Shown piece after piece: positions 18,782-28,031 of a stretch of 64,000 bases of DNA. Both the position numbers and the translations under genes were made by a program. The stretch is from positions 28 to 64,027 of the forward strand of contig JAPPMC010000129.1 of the NCBI GenBank assembly GCA_028819235.1, in the 5' to 3' direction. The number at the start of each line of letters is the position of its first letter. Positions within the stretch are counted from its first letter, which is position 1. The notes under the pieces are model-generated. The model had not been told where the DNA came from. It saw only the letters and a program-made list of their open reading frames with translations, and made no database searches. This DNA comes from Bryobacterales bacterium (lineage in GTDB: Bacteria > Acidobacteriota > Terriglobia > Bryobacterales > UBA6623).

Positions 18782-20686
18782 TTAGAGTACGCGCCGAACG
18801 TTCCCTATTCGCAGCGTTACTTTGACCCTGTCGAAGTACTCCAGCAACGGAATCGCATATTTTCGGCTGACTCCCGCTAGCCTCTTGAACTTGGGCACGT
18901 CGATCATTGCACCCTTCATGGGCGCCAGCCCGTTCCGAAGGCCTTCAATAGCGGTGCTGTGGAACACGAACTCGGAACTGACCTTCACCAGCACACCTTC
19001 TCGCACCAGCGCGGCCAGAATTCTCTCCGTTCGGCGGGCATCCGTCGGGAGCGTGGGTAGGAACTCCTTCAGAGTCGGGACGTGCAAGCCTGCTTCCTCG
19101 AACGAGTTGATGAGCCGGTTGCGAGCCTCGGCCTCGTCGCGGTCCAGCCGGACGGTGTGACTCGCGTCGCGCACGAGATCACCGTCTGTCAACAGGGCGC
19201 CGGCAGCCTCCAGTCGGCCCAGGATCAGTTCTGCAAAGAATGGCGGCGCGCCCCTGAACTCGCCGCTCCTCAATTCCTCGATCGGAATCCCGGGCTCGAG
19301 CGGGTTTCGGCGGTGGTAGCGCTGCACGGCCGCCGCAGTCCTGCCCTCCGACTGTTGGATCCGCCGCAGTGAGCAGATCCAGACTGGTGACTGGCGTGCG
19401 ACGCAGAGCTTGCGGCTCGGACCGGCAATGCGGGCCAACTCCGATTCCCGCCGTCCGGTGAGGGCCGTCAGGTCGTTGCCGCCGATTCCGAAACGCCGAG
19501 ATTCGCACAGGGCCAACACGACTTCTTCGTCGCTGCCCGTGCGCAGCGCCTTCAGGGTCGCGAGCGTCCCGTCATCCTTCCGGTGGCGCGTAGCGTGCGG
19601 GTCGAGAACTGTTCCGCCCGCGATGGTGACAAGCGGGGAGAACTGCCGAATGATGAACCGGTCGCGGTGGACGGCCGTAAGCGGGTTGGCCAGCCTGACC
19701 TGGACGTAGCCGGACTCCCCGGGAGGCAGCGCGGCACGTCGGCCCGCTCCGTTCAGCAGGTAGACGCGCGCGGTCGTCTCTGCTGTTCCCAAGTGGATGT
19801 GCACCGGCGCGGTGTGCTTCAGGGGCCGGGCGCTCCGGAGCAGCTCGATGTGCGCATCAAACTGCATTGATGGAGCGAGTGCGCCCGGCGGCGCGATGCA
19901 CATCCCCCGCCCGATCTCGGCTTTGGCGACCCCCCCGAGGTTCGCCGCGGTGCGTTGTCCTGCAGTCGCCTCCTTCACGGACTCGTCGTGTACCTGCAGT
20001 TTGCGGATGCGGGCAGTACGGTGTCCTGGCAGGATCTCCACGGTGTCGTCCACGCGCAGCCGTCCGCTGGCGAGAGTGCCAGTTACGACCGTGCCGAAGC
20101 CTCGCATGGTGAACGACCGGTCGATCGGCAGGCGCAGGAGCCCTTCGGAGGAGTGCGGTGCCACTCGCCTCGCGGTCTTGGCCAAGGCCGCTCTCAAGTC
20201 CTCGAGCCCCTCGCCAGTCTCGCTGCTAACGGGGAGCATTGGCGCGTCCGCCAAGAACGACCCCTCCACGAATTCCGCGACCTCGAGCTTCACCAGCTCA
20301 AGAATCTCCCAATCGACCAGATCCACCTTGGTCAGAACGATCAGGCCGTGCTTCACACCGAGAAGGCGGCAGATCTCGAAGTGCTCGCGAGTCTGCGGCA
20401 TGACCGACTCATCTGCGGCTACTACCAGCATCACAACGTCGATTCCCCCCGCGCCGGCGAGCATGTTCTTGACAAATCGCTCGTGGCCGGGCACATCCAC
20501 GAATCCGATCCTCAGGCCGGGCTCGGGCCGCAAGCTAGCGAACCCTAGGTCGATCGTGATGCCGCGCCGCTTTTCCTCTTCCCACCGATCAGTGTCCGTG
20601 CCGGTCAGCGCGCGAACGAGCGAGGTCTTGCCGTGGTCGATGTGACCGCTCGTTCCGACGATGACGTTGTGATTATCGGCTGCCAT
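18782..20686 (-). CDS. selB: Selenocysteine-specific translation elongation factor
   Basis: [33 protein letters not shown] and C-terminal winged-helix [13 protein letters not shown]. Confidence 0.96.
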   Translation of the reverse strand: MAADNHNVIVGTSGHIDHGKTSLVRALTGTDTDRWEEEKRRGITIDLGFASLRPEPGLRIGFVDVPGHERFVKNMLAGAGGIDVVMLVVAADESVMPQTREHFEICRLLGVKHGLIVLTKVDLVDWEILELVKLEVAEFVEGSFLADAPMLPVSSETGEGLEDLRAALAKTARRVAPHSSEGLLRLPIDRSFTMRGFGTVVTGTLASGRLRVDDTVEILPGHRTARIRKLQVHDESVKEATAGQRTAANLGGVAKAEIGRGMCIAPPGALAPSMQFDAHIELLRSARPLKHTAPVHIHLGTAETTARVYLLNGAGRRAALPPGESGYVQVRLANPLTAVHRDRFIIRQFSPLVTIAGGTVLDPHATRHRKDDGTLATLKALRTGSDEEVVLALCESRRFGIGGNDLTALTGRRESELARIAGPSRKLCVARQSPVWICSLRRIQQSEGRTAAAVQRYHRRNPLEPGIPIEELRSGEFRGAPPFFAELILGRLEAAGALLTDGDLVRDASHTVRLDRDEAEARNRLINSFEEAGLHVPTLKEFLPTLPTDARRTERILAALVREGVLVKVSSEFVFHSTAIEGLRNGLAPMKGAMIDVPKFKRLAGVSRKYAIPLLEYFDRVKVTLRIGNVRRVL

Positions 20687-21206
20687 CCCGGGCTCGCTTA
20701 AATGTAGCTTGCGGCCTCCGCCGCCATCACAAGGCGAGCTTAGCTACACAAGCTGCTCTTGCGCGGTCCGTACTTCGTCCGATAGTCAGCGCCGGTGGAT
20801 GCAATGTCGCTCCGGCCGGGCCTAGGATTGCAGCTACGGCGCAATACATCACGCCGTCGACGCAGGGTCGGTTCCATTGCCGACCTTGACCTCGTGGCTA
20901 GCACTGGTCCCCGAGTCGGCAAGGACCAATGGCATTCCCCGTAGTGCGCACGGTCCCATTTGTGCAGTGGCCTGCACCGTTTCAGCGAGCCACGGGCAAT
21001 TCCGCCCCCAAACTTGCCCCGAGTAATCGCACGACTGCCAAAATCCCCTGCTTTGGGCAAGCTCGCTCACACGGTCAGCCGCCGTGAGGCTGGCATCACG
21101 TGCCGCCTTGATGAAGCCAAACCATGGACGGCAGGGGGCGACTTTGTGGTCCAGTCTGTGAGAGGCTGCAAACGAGTTGGGCGGTACTGTGCGGATGGAG
21201 GGAGCG

Positions 21207-21470
21207 TCAGGCAGCGTGGCCCTGGCGGAGGATCTCCTGATCCGAGTCGTAGTTGGCCTGCAAGCGCACCCAGAAGGAGGCGTTGGACCAGCCGACCGCC
21301 TGCATTCGTACGGCAAGGTCCGGTGTGATGCGGCCGCGGCCGCGGACGAGCTTCTCGAACGCGATTGGATCGAGGCCGAGGCGCACGGCGGCGGAACGGG
21401 GAGGCTCGTCCCCGAGGCAGCCGTCGCGGATAACGTCGCCGGGATGAGCGGGATTGTGGGGGAAGCTCAT
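21207..21470 (-). CDS. higA: HigA-family antitoxin (HTH), orphaned
   Basis: PAHPGDVI...RITPDLAVRM...FWVRLQANYD signature. Confidence 0.82.
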   Translation of the reverse strand: MSFPHNPAHPGDVIRDGCLGDEPPRSAAVRLGLDPIAFEKLVRGRGRITPDLAVRMQAVGWSNASFWVRLQANYDSDQEILRQGHAA

Positions 21471-21479
21471 GGCAGGCTT

Positions 21480-21560
21480 CTAGTGGTAGTCAAGCAGATC
21501 GGCGTCGCGGATCTAGCCGTCGACGAAGTGGTGCGGGGAGATCACCGCTTCAAGGTTTGC
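21480..21560 (-). pseudogene. Remnant 3' end of a HigB/RelE-family toxin gene
   Basis: Reads HFVDG*IRDADLLDYH* (internal TAG 21515-21513), matching the F.DG...D.DYH* C-terminus of HigB toxins; ends 9 nt before higA. Confidence 0.65.
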
Positions 21561-21850
21561 GACTCCCTCCATTTGTTGGGACTGATCGGGCTGCGCTCGG
21601 CTCACCGAAGGGCTCGCGAAGCGGGATCGGGCCAGAATCTCGAAACCCAAGGACTTTGTCCTCGTGCATTGGCGGAGCGTAGGACGTGCGGTGATGCTGA
21701 CACCGGCGGCTTGGTCTCGGCTGATTCACCGTTGCCGGACACTGGAACCGCGAGCACGACTCGTACTGGGCTTCACCGTGCGAGCTAGTTGAACGGCGCT
21801 CAGTCCACGTGCATTCGGACCGCTGGGCCAGAATGTAGGCAGCCGGACGA

Positions 21851-23431
21851 ATGACGGCGGTCCGATCAATCCTGCTGCTTGGAGTGGCCATTGGCGCGCT
21901 CGCGCAGCCGGTGGAGATCGTAAACACCCACGGCGGCGTGTCCGTGGGAGTCGCGGACGAGAATCGCCTACGCATTTGGTGGACCGGAACTGAGCCTCAC
22001 ACCAACGAGGGCATCGTCGTGAGCAGAAGCCCGGTTCGCCTTCTGGTCGAGGCCCAGACGCCGGTTGGCCGAAGCGCGGATGTCGAGGTTCGCCTCCCGC
22101 TGGGGTTGCCATTCGCTGTCAAGACAGACCATGGGGACATCGACGTCACCGGAATGGTCCGGCGCGCAAGCCTCCAGTCTGCGAGAGGCTCGCTGTCAGT
22201 CGAGGTACCGCTCGAGATCACGGTGATTGGCGTGGAGTCCACCAAGCAGCCCTCGGTCGTCGATACGCCACGTGGGCGCTCCATGCCCTTGCGCGCGCAG
22301 CAGATCGGCCCCCGCATGCGGGTCTGGAAGCTCATGAATAGCGTTGCTTCTCGCGATCTCGTGTACGGGCACCTCACGGCGCAGTTGCACTCACCCAGCG
22401 AGCTTCGCGTAAGGGATTGGGAGATCCCGCGAGATTGGCCGCTCAAGCCTCACACGGGGGCCGAACGCATCGCGGATGCCCTTATGCTCCGCGGTTCGCG
22501 GCGAGGGCGTTCATCCAGCCCGCCGCCCCAGACCCGTCGGGCGCCGCGCCCGTCAGCCAGCGAGAGCACGCCGACGGGAACGGTCGTCTTCAGCTCCGAA
22601 GTGCGAATGGTCAGCATGACCGTAGCGGTGAGCGACGCCGGCGGGCGTCCAATGATCGGCCTCAGTCATGGAGACTTCGTTGTAGAGGAGGACGGCGAGC
22701 GACAGGACGTTCAAGTCGTCGACCCCGAGGACTCCCCGTTCAATCTGGCCATCCTGCTGGACCTTAGCGGCAGCACCTCGGTCGATCTAGAGCACATGCG
22801 CGGCGCCACAAGGCGCTTGGTCGAGCTGGCTGGTGCGAACGACCGCGTCGCGCTGTACGCGATGGCCGGCAGCATGTTTCACCGACTGGTGCCGCTGACG
22901 TCGGACCGGGACCTGCTCGTGCGGCGGCTGATGCGGTTGCCGCAACCAATCGGCGGTTCGCCCATTTGGGACGTTGTGATGATCGCGTATGAGGACCAGC
23001 TCGCCGAGCGCGCCGGAGAGCGGAATGCACTGGTGGTGATCAGCGACGGGATAGACAACCGCATCAGCGGCCAGTCTGTTCCCTCCCGGCTGAGTGCGGC
23101 AAAGCTGATCCGTGCGGCAGGTGAGATGGACACCCGAATCTACCCCGTATTCCTCCTCTCCGGCGAGCGGTTCGGACGGAACTGGTCCAGCACGGCGCGC
23201 AAGCGCCTCGAAGCCCTAACCAAGGCGACCGGCGGGAGGCTGTTCACGGCCCGCTCGGTGGCCGACGTCGAGCCAGTGCTGCCCGAACTCGCCAAGGAAC
23301 TGCGGAGCGTCTACGAAATCGCGTACTACCCGGCCAATCAGCAGTTTGACGGGAGTTGGAGGCGAGTGTCGATCAAGGTGGGCTCTCGCGGAGCCAGAGT
23401 GCGGGCGAGACCGGGCTACTTCGCTGACTGA
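21851..23431 (+). CDS. VWFA-related Acidobacterial domain protein
   Basis: Signal peptide, FSSEVRMV, MIDAS DLSGS, ISDGID, TGGR, ELRSVY.IAYYP, ARPGYFA. Confidence 0.88.
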   Translation: MTAVRSILLLGVAIGALAQPVEIVNTHGGVSVGVADENRLRIWWTGTEPHTNEGIVVSRSPVRLLVEAQTPVGRSADVEVRLPLGLPFAVKTDHGDIDVTGMVRRASLQSARGSLSVEVPLEITVIGVESTKQPSVVDTPRGRSMPLRAQQIGPRMRVWKLMNSVASRDLVYGHLTAQLHSPSELRVRDWEIPRDWPLKPHTGAERIADALMLRGSRRGRSSSPPPQTRRAPRPSASESTPTGTVVFSSEVRMVSMTVAVSDAGGRPMIGLSHGDFVVEEDGERQDVQVVDPEDSPFNLAILLDLSGSTSVDLEHMRGATRRLVELAGANDRVALYAMAGSMFHRLVPLTSDRDLLVRRLMRLPQPIGGSPIWDVVMIAYEDQLAERAGERNALVVISDGIDNRISGQSVPSRLSAAKLIRAAGEMDTRIYPVFLLSGERFGRNWSSTARKRLEALTKATGGRLFTARSVADVEPVLPELAKELRSVYEIAYYPANQQFDGSWRRVSIKVGSRGARVRARPGYFAD

Positions 23432-23508
23432 CGGAGGCAGGACCGCAGCCGGATAGCGTATTGCGCTAGTCGGGGAACGCGGAGCCCGGGTGCTAGACTG
23501 TTGCGGCC

Positions 23509-24723
23509 ATGGCGTCGCGCCGACGTTTCCTCGCGACAGTAGCTGGAGCCGCCACGGCTGGCAGCCCCGCTTGGGCCCAGACCTCGGGCCGCCTCAGCAT
23601 CACTTCGGTCGAGGCGGTCCCTGTCCGGCTGTGGTCCCGTTCCTCCCAAGGTCGCCTACCCGAGTTCGACGGCCCCTACGACCCGGCGCGCTGGCGCTAC
23701 AGCGGCCCCTTCTCCCAATTGGCGAGTGCCATTGTGGTAGTCGTCAAGACAGATCAGGGCATAACTGGTTTCGGCCTAGGAGCGGGTGGTTCGGCGGCCG
23801 CGGAGATCATTCACGGGCACCTGCGCCACCTCTTGGTTGGCAGTGACCCGCGCAATGTTGAGCTGCTCTGGGACCAGATGTACACTTCTGGCATCTATTA
23901 CGGGCGCCGGGGCATTTTCGTGATGGCGCTCAGCGGCGTCGACAATGCGCTGTGGGACATCGTCGGCAAGCACGCTGAGACACCGGTCTATAGACTGCTC
24001 GGCGGCCAGACGCAGGCCAGCGTTCCGGGGTACATCACCAACGCCGATCCAACTGTTGGCTTGGACCTCGGATTCGAGCACTTCAAGGTGCCCGTACGTG
24101 ACGGCGTCTGGGCTGGCCGGACCGGGATGGACCGCACAGAGCGCAATCTTGCGACGGTGCGACAGGCGATCGGCCCGGATCGCGGGCTGATGATCGACTG
24201 CGGCTGCCGATGGGATGACATTGGATACACGCTGGAGATGGCCCGGCGCCTTGAGCCGGTCGGGCTGTACTTCATCGAGGAGCCCCTCTCGCCTGACAAC
24301 ATCCTCGGCTACCAGCGGCTTGTGGACGAGGTTGACAGCACCCTGATCGTCAGCGGCGAGCACGAGTACACGCAGTACGGCTATAAGATGCTGCTGCATC
24401 ACAAAGGCACAGAAATCCTCCAGCCGGACATTACCTGGTGCGGCGGCGTGACCGCGGTTCGCAAGATCGCGGTGATGGGCGCGGAGCGCGGACTGCCGAT
24501 AATTCCGCACCGTGGCAGCAGCCTCTACGGGATGCCGATCGTGCTGACCGCCGACGCCCCGCTGGCCGAGAGCTTCGGTACCGGAGATGACGCCACCGAC
24601 CTGATGCTCGCCATGTCATCGCCGTACAAGGACGGTCGCTACTACCCCACCGACCGACCCGGGTTCGGGACGGAACTCACCGAAAGGATGGTGCGCGAGC
24701 ATGCGGGAAGCAGCGCTCTCTAG
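23509..24723 (+). CDS. Enolase-superfamily (mandelate racemase/L-rhamnonate dehydratase-like) enzyme with Tat signal
   Basis: SRRRFL Tat motif; SGVDNALWD, MIDC, IEEPL, GEHE, QPDITWCGG, IPH. Confidence 0.88.
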   Translation: MASRRRFLATVAGAATAGSPAWAQTSGRLSITSVEAVPVRLWSRSSQGRLPEFDGPYDPARWRYSGPFSQLASAIVVVVKTDQGITGFGLGAGGSAAAEIIHGHLRHLLVGSDPRNVELLWDQMYTSGIYYGRRGIFVMALSGVDNALWDIVGKHAETPVYRLLGGQTQASVPGYITNADPTVGLDLGFEHFKVPVRDGVWAGRTGMDRTERNLATVRQAIGPDRGLMIDCGCRWDDIGYTLEMARRLEPVGLYFIEEPLSPDNILGYQRLVDEVDSTLIVSGEHEYTQYGYKMLLHHKGTEILQPDITWCGGVTAVRKIAVMGAERGLPIIPHRGSSLYGMPIVLTADAPLAESFGTGDDATDLMLAMSSPYKDGRYYPTDRPGFGTELTERMVREHAGSSAL

Positions 24724-25693
24724 TTTTGGCCTTGGTCGGCGGCAGGTCCTTCACCTCCTCGGAGGTGCCTGGGCGGCACAGGTGTTCGCACAGGCCGCCC
24801 CAGCGATGCGGGGGATCTTCCCGATCGTTGCGACCCCCTACACCTCGGGAGGAGAAGTCGACTTCGACACGCTGGCCGAGGAGGTCCGCTATCTGGACCG
24901 AACCGGCGTGCATGGCATCGTTTGGCCGCAGCTGGCAAGCGAGTATGCCCTGCTGACGTTCGAGGAGCGGATCCGAGGCGCCGAGGTGATCGTGAATGCC
25001 GCGGCCGGACTGCGGCCCAAGGTCGTGATCGGCGTGCAGGCCGGGGACACTGAGACGGCCGTTCGCTATGCGAGCCACGCCAAGTCCCTGCAGCCTGACG
25101 CAGTCATCGCTCTGCCCCCGAGGAAGGGAAGGCAGACGGAGTTCGACTTGGAAGCCGTCGCGGATTACTACGGTGCTGTGGCCAAAGCCGCGGGCTTGCC
25201 CATGTTCATGCAGGCCATCGGCAACATGGACATTGAGTTCGTCGCCCGAATGGTGCGGGACATTCCGGAAATGCGGTACGTCAAGGACGAGGCCGGTCAC
25301 ACGCTGACGCGCCTGACGCAGTTCAGCGACCTGTCTGGGACGGACAGGCCCGTTGCCTTCACGGGCGGCCACGGGCGGACTCTGATCGAAGAGATGGCCC
25401 GAGGCTCATCGGGATCGATGCCCGCCTCATCGTGGCCGGATCTGTATGTCCGCACTTGGGACCTGTGGCACGCCGGCCACCGTTCGGAGGCGATCGATAT
25501 GTTCTCCAAAGCGCTGCTGCTGATCACACGGGCCAGCGCCCATGGCCTGCCAGCCCTTTCCTACGTGCTGCACCTGAGGGGCGTATTCCCGAACTGGAAC
25601 GTACGCAATCCCGACGCGCGGCCGCTTGACCGCCACGCGATGGACGAACTGCGCAGGACGCTTGAGTTCGTCAAGCCGTACCTGTTGGTGTGA
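24701..25693 (+). CDS. Dihydrodipicolinate synthase-family aldolase/dehydratase with Tat-like signal
   Basis: GRRQVL then hydrophobic stretch and AQA; GIFPIVATPY, ASEY..LT.EER, Schiff-base Lys in YVKDE. Confidence 0.85.
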   Translation: MREAALSSFGLGRRQVLHLLGGAWAAQVFAQAAPAMRGIFPIVATPYTSGGEVDFDTLAEEVRYLDRTGVHGIVWPQLASEYALLTFEERIRGAEVIVNAAAGLRPKVVIGVQAGDTETAVRYASHAKSLQPDAVIALPPRKGRQTEFDLEAVADYYGAVAKAAGLPMFMQAIGNMDIEFVARMVRDIPEMRYVKDEAGHTLTRLTQFSDLSGTDRPVAFTGGHGRTLIEEMARGSSGSMPASSWPDLYVRTWDLWHAGHRSEAIDMFSKALLLITRASAHGLPALSYVLHLRGVFPNWNVRNPDARPLDRHAMDELRRTLEFVKPYLLV

Positions 25694-25740
25694 TGCTCGA
25701 CCGCCTTCGGGCGAGGCCCGGAGGCTGGCTTTCCTGTGGG

Positions 25741-26907
25741 ATGATGGGCGCCATGTTGCGAGCCCGATGGCCGCTGGCCTTTTGTTGCGCGATTGCGGCA
25801 AGCCCCTGCTTCGGCGGCGGACCGTCAGAGGAGATTCCCTTCCAGAAGCACGTAATCGACGTAGGGCGCAACGAGACCTGCGCCGTGGCAGACCTCAATG
25901 GCGATGGCATTCTGGATATCGTCTCCGGCGAGAACTGGTTCCGGGGCCCCGACTTTCAGCGTCGGAAGTTCCGCTCAATCCGATTCTGGAACAACTACAT
26001 CGACAACTTCAGCGACTTGCTGTTTGATGTCGACCGCGACGGCCATGTCGATGTGGTCAGCGTGGCTTGGGCCGAGCAGAAGATCGCTTGGTGGCGCAAT
26101 CCTGGCCGGGCTCAAGGGGACTGGCCAGAATCTCGCGTCCACACCGGCGCGTCCGTTGAATTTGCCCTACTCGTCGATCTGGATGGCGATGGAGAGGCGA
26201 GGGAAGTGCTGCCGCAGTTCGGGGGCAGGTCGGCCTCAAAGACAGCCTGGTTCGAGCCGGTCGGAGACGGGTCGGCTTGGAACGGGCACGTGGTCCAGGC
26301 TGCGGCCGACGGCCACGGGATCGGGGCAGGGGATGTCAACGCCGACGGCCGCGTGGACGTACTGACACCCAAAGGATGGCTAGAAGCACCGGAGGATTCT
26401 CGCAAGACTCCATGGAAGATGCACGCGGAGTTCAACCTCGACCAGCACATTGGTTTTCTGCATGTCTTGGATGTGGACGGCGACGGCCTGAACGACATCG
26501 TGACGACGCACGCGCATAGCTATGGCATCTTCTGGCTCAAGCACATTCGAGGTTCCGACGGCTCTCGCACATGGAAGCGGAACGTGATCGATGATGCCTG
26601 GTCCCAGCCGCATGCTTCGACGCTTGCGGACCTCACGGGCGACGGCCGGCCCGAGCTCATTACCGGCAAGCGGCTCTTCGCGCACAACGGCAAGGACGAC
26701 GGCGGGCGTGAGCCGCTAGGCCTCTACTGGTACGAGTATGTGGACACGGGGCCCCGATGGGAATGGGTGCGGCACATAGTCCACTACGGCGGCCAAGTGG
26801 GCGGAGGCATGCAGATCCCCGTCGTCGACATCGACGGCGATGGCGACCTCGACATCGTGGTCGGTGGTAAGGGTGGCGTCTACCTCTTCGAGAACCTCTC
26901 GAGATAG
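25741..26907 (+). CDS. VCBS/FG-GAP repeat beta-propeller protein
   Basis: Repeated D-x-D/N-G-D-G-x-x-D motifs (DLNGDGILD, DVDRDGHVD, DVNADGRVD, DIDGDGDLD). Start uncertain (25690-25753). Confidence 0.88.
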   Translation: MMGAMLRARWPLAFCCAIAASPCFGGGPSEEIPFQKHVIDVGRNETCAVADLNGDGILDIVSGENWFRGPDFQRRKFRSIRFWNNYIDNFSDLLFDVDRDGHVDVVSVAWAEQKIAWWRNPGRAQGDWPESRVHTGASVEFALLVDLDGDGEAREVLPQFGGRSASKTAWFEPVGDGSAWNGHVVQAAADGHGIGAGDVNADGRVDVLTPKGWLEAPEDSRKTPWKMHAEFNLDQHIGFLHVLDVDGDGLNDIVTTHAHSYGIFWLKHIRGSDGSRTWKRNVIDDAWSQPHASTLADLTGDGRPELITGKRLFAHNGKDDGGREPLGLYWYEYVDTGPRWEWVRHIVHYGGQVGGGMQIPVVDIDGDGDLDIVVGGKGGVYLFENLSR

Positions 26908-27006
26908 ACCCGGCGTCGCGACAGGAACTGCGTCCGCGCATCCAGCGTCGTCGGAGCAGCTGGCTCCGACACGGCCCGTTTCACCACTCCCGCGACGTGC
27001 GGAGCT

Positions 27007-28011
27007 TCAGCCCGGGCGACTCCACTCTTGGCCGATCGCCTCAATCACTGCGTCCTCGAACGAGAAGTCGGGCTGCCTCCGGGTCCGACGCTGCGTGCTC
27101 TCGTACCACTGCCACGTGTTCCGGAGCCCCGATGCGAGGGTTCTCGGCTCGAAGCTGAGCTCTCGCCGGGCCTTGGCCGTGTTCAGGGTGATGGGCGGCA
27201 TGTCGAAGTACTGGCCGAAATAGAACGGAGGAGCGAAGACACTTCCTCCTAGGCGCTCGATGGTCGCTCTGGGAACGTAGCGCACGTCGGGCTCGATCCC
27301 AGCGGCTCGTCCCAGCGCCGTCACCAGATCGTCTTGGCGAATGGCGTGCGAGTGGCCAACGTTGTACGCCCGTCCCCCAGAGGCAGGACTTTCTGCCGCC
27401 CGCAGCGCGCATTCCGCCAAGTCCCAGACGTGGACCAGATGCATTAGACGGCTGCCGTCTCCCGGAATAAGGATCGGCCGACCCTCCACCAGACGATCCC
27501 AGAAGAACGCCTCTCGGTAGAAGGGGTTGTGCGGCCCGTAGACGAACGGTGGGCGCAGCGTCGTCGCCGCGAGTCCTGTTGACGAGTGCAGCGCAAACAG
27601 GCCGCGCTCGGAATCCGCCTTGTTGCGGCAGTATTCCTCCGGGTGGTCCGGCCCGGCCAGCGGAGAGCTCTCGTGCCGGTCTAGGCCGGAGCCGTACGCG
27701 GCACAGCTGGACATGAACACATACCGCGTTCGCAGCGGCGGACTGGCGGCAGCGGCGCGGGCGACCTGTTCTCCCGTAGTGCCGCGCTCCCAGTCGTAGA
27801 CGTTGTCGAACACTATGTCGAAGCCTTGGCGGAGAACCTTTGCCAGCGCCTCTGTGTCATTGCGGTCGCAGCGGACTTCTCTCGTCTCAAGCTTGAACGG
27901 ATTTCGCGACCCGCGGTGCAGGACGGTGACGTCGTCACCGCGATCGAGCAGGCGGCGCACCAAGGCCCGGCCAATGAAGAGAGTGCCGCCGATGACGAGG
28001 ACGCGGTTCAT
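27007..28011 (-). CDS. NAD-dependent epimerase/dehydratase family protein
   Basis: VLVIGGTLFIGR, YCRNK (YxxxK), LRPPFVYGP. Confidence 0.88.
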   Translation of the reverse strand: MNRVLVIGGTLFIGRALVRRLLDRGDDVTVLHRGSRNPFKLETREVRCDRNDTEALAKVLRQGFDIVFDNVYDWERGTTGEQVARAAAASPPLRTRYVFMSSCAAYGSGLDRHESSPLAGPDHPEEYCRNKADSERGLFALHSSTGLAATTLRPPFVYGPHNPFYREAFFWDRLVEGRPILIPGDGSRLMHLVHVWDLAECALRAAESPASGGRAYNVGHSHAIRQDDLVTALGRAAGIEPDVRYVPRATIERLGGSVFAPPFYFGQYFDMPPITLNTAKARRELSFEPRTLASGLRNTWQWYESTQRRTRRQPDFSFEDAVIEAIGQEWSRPG

Positions 28012-28031
28012 CTTTGGGCTCCATCCGGCCG

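Noticed and set aside
18782-21200. selA/selD/selC or a selenoprotein gene near selB
   Set aside because: No tRNA-Sec structure, no such ORFs, and no convincing in-frame TGA plus SECIS found in the window.
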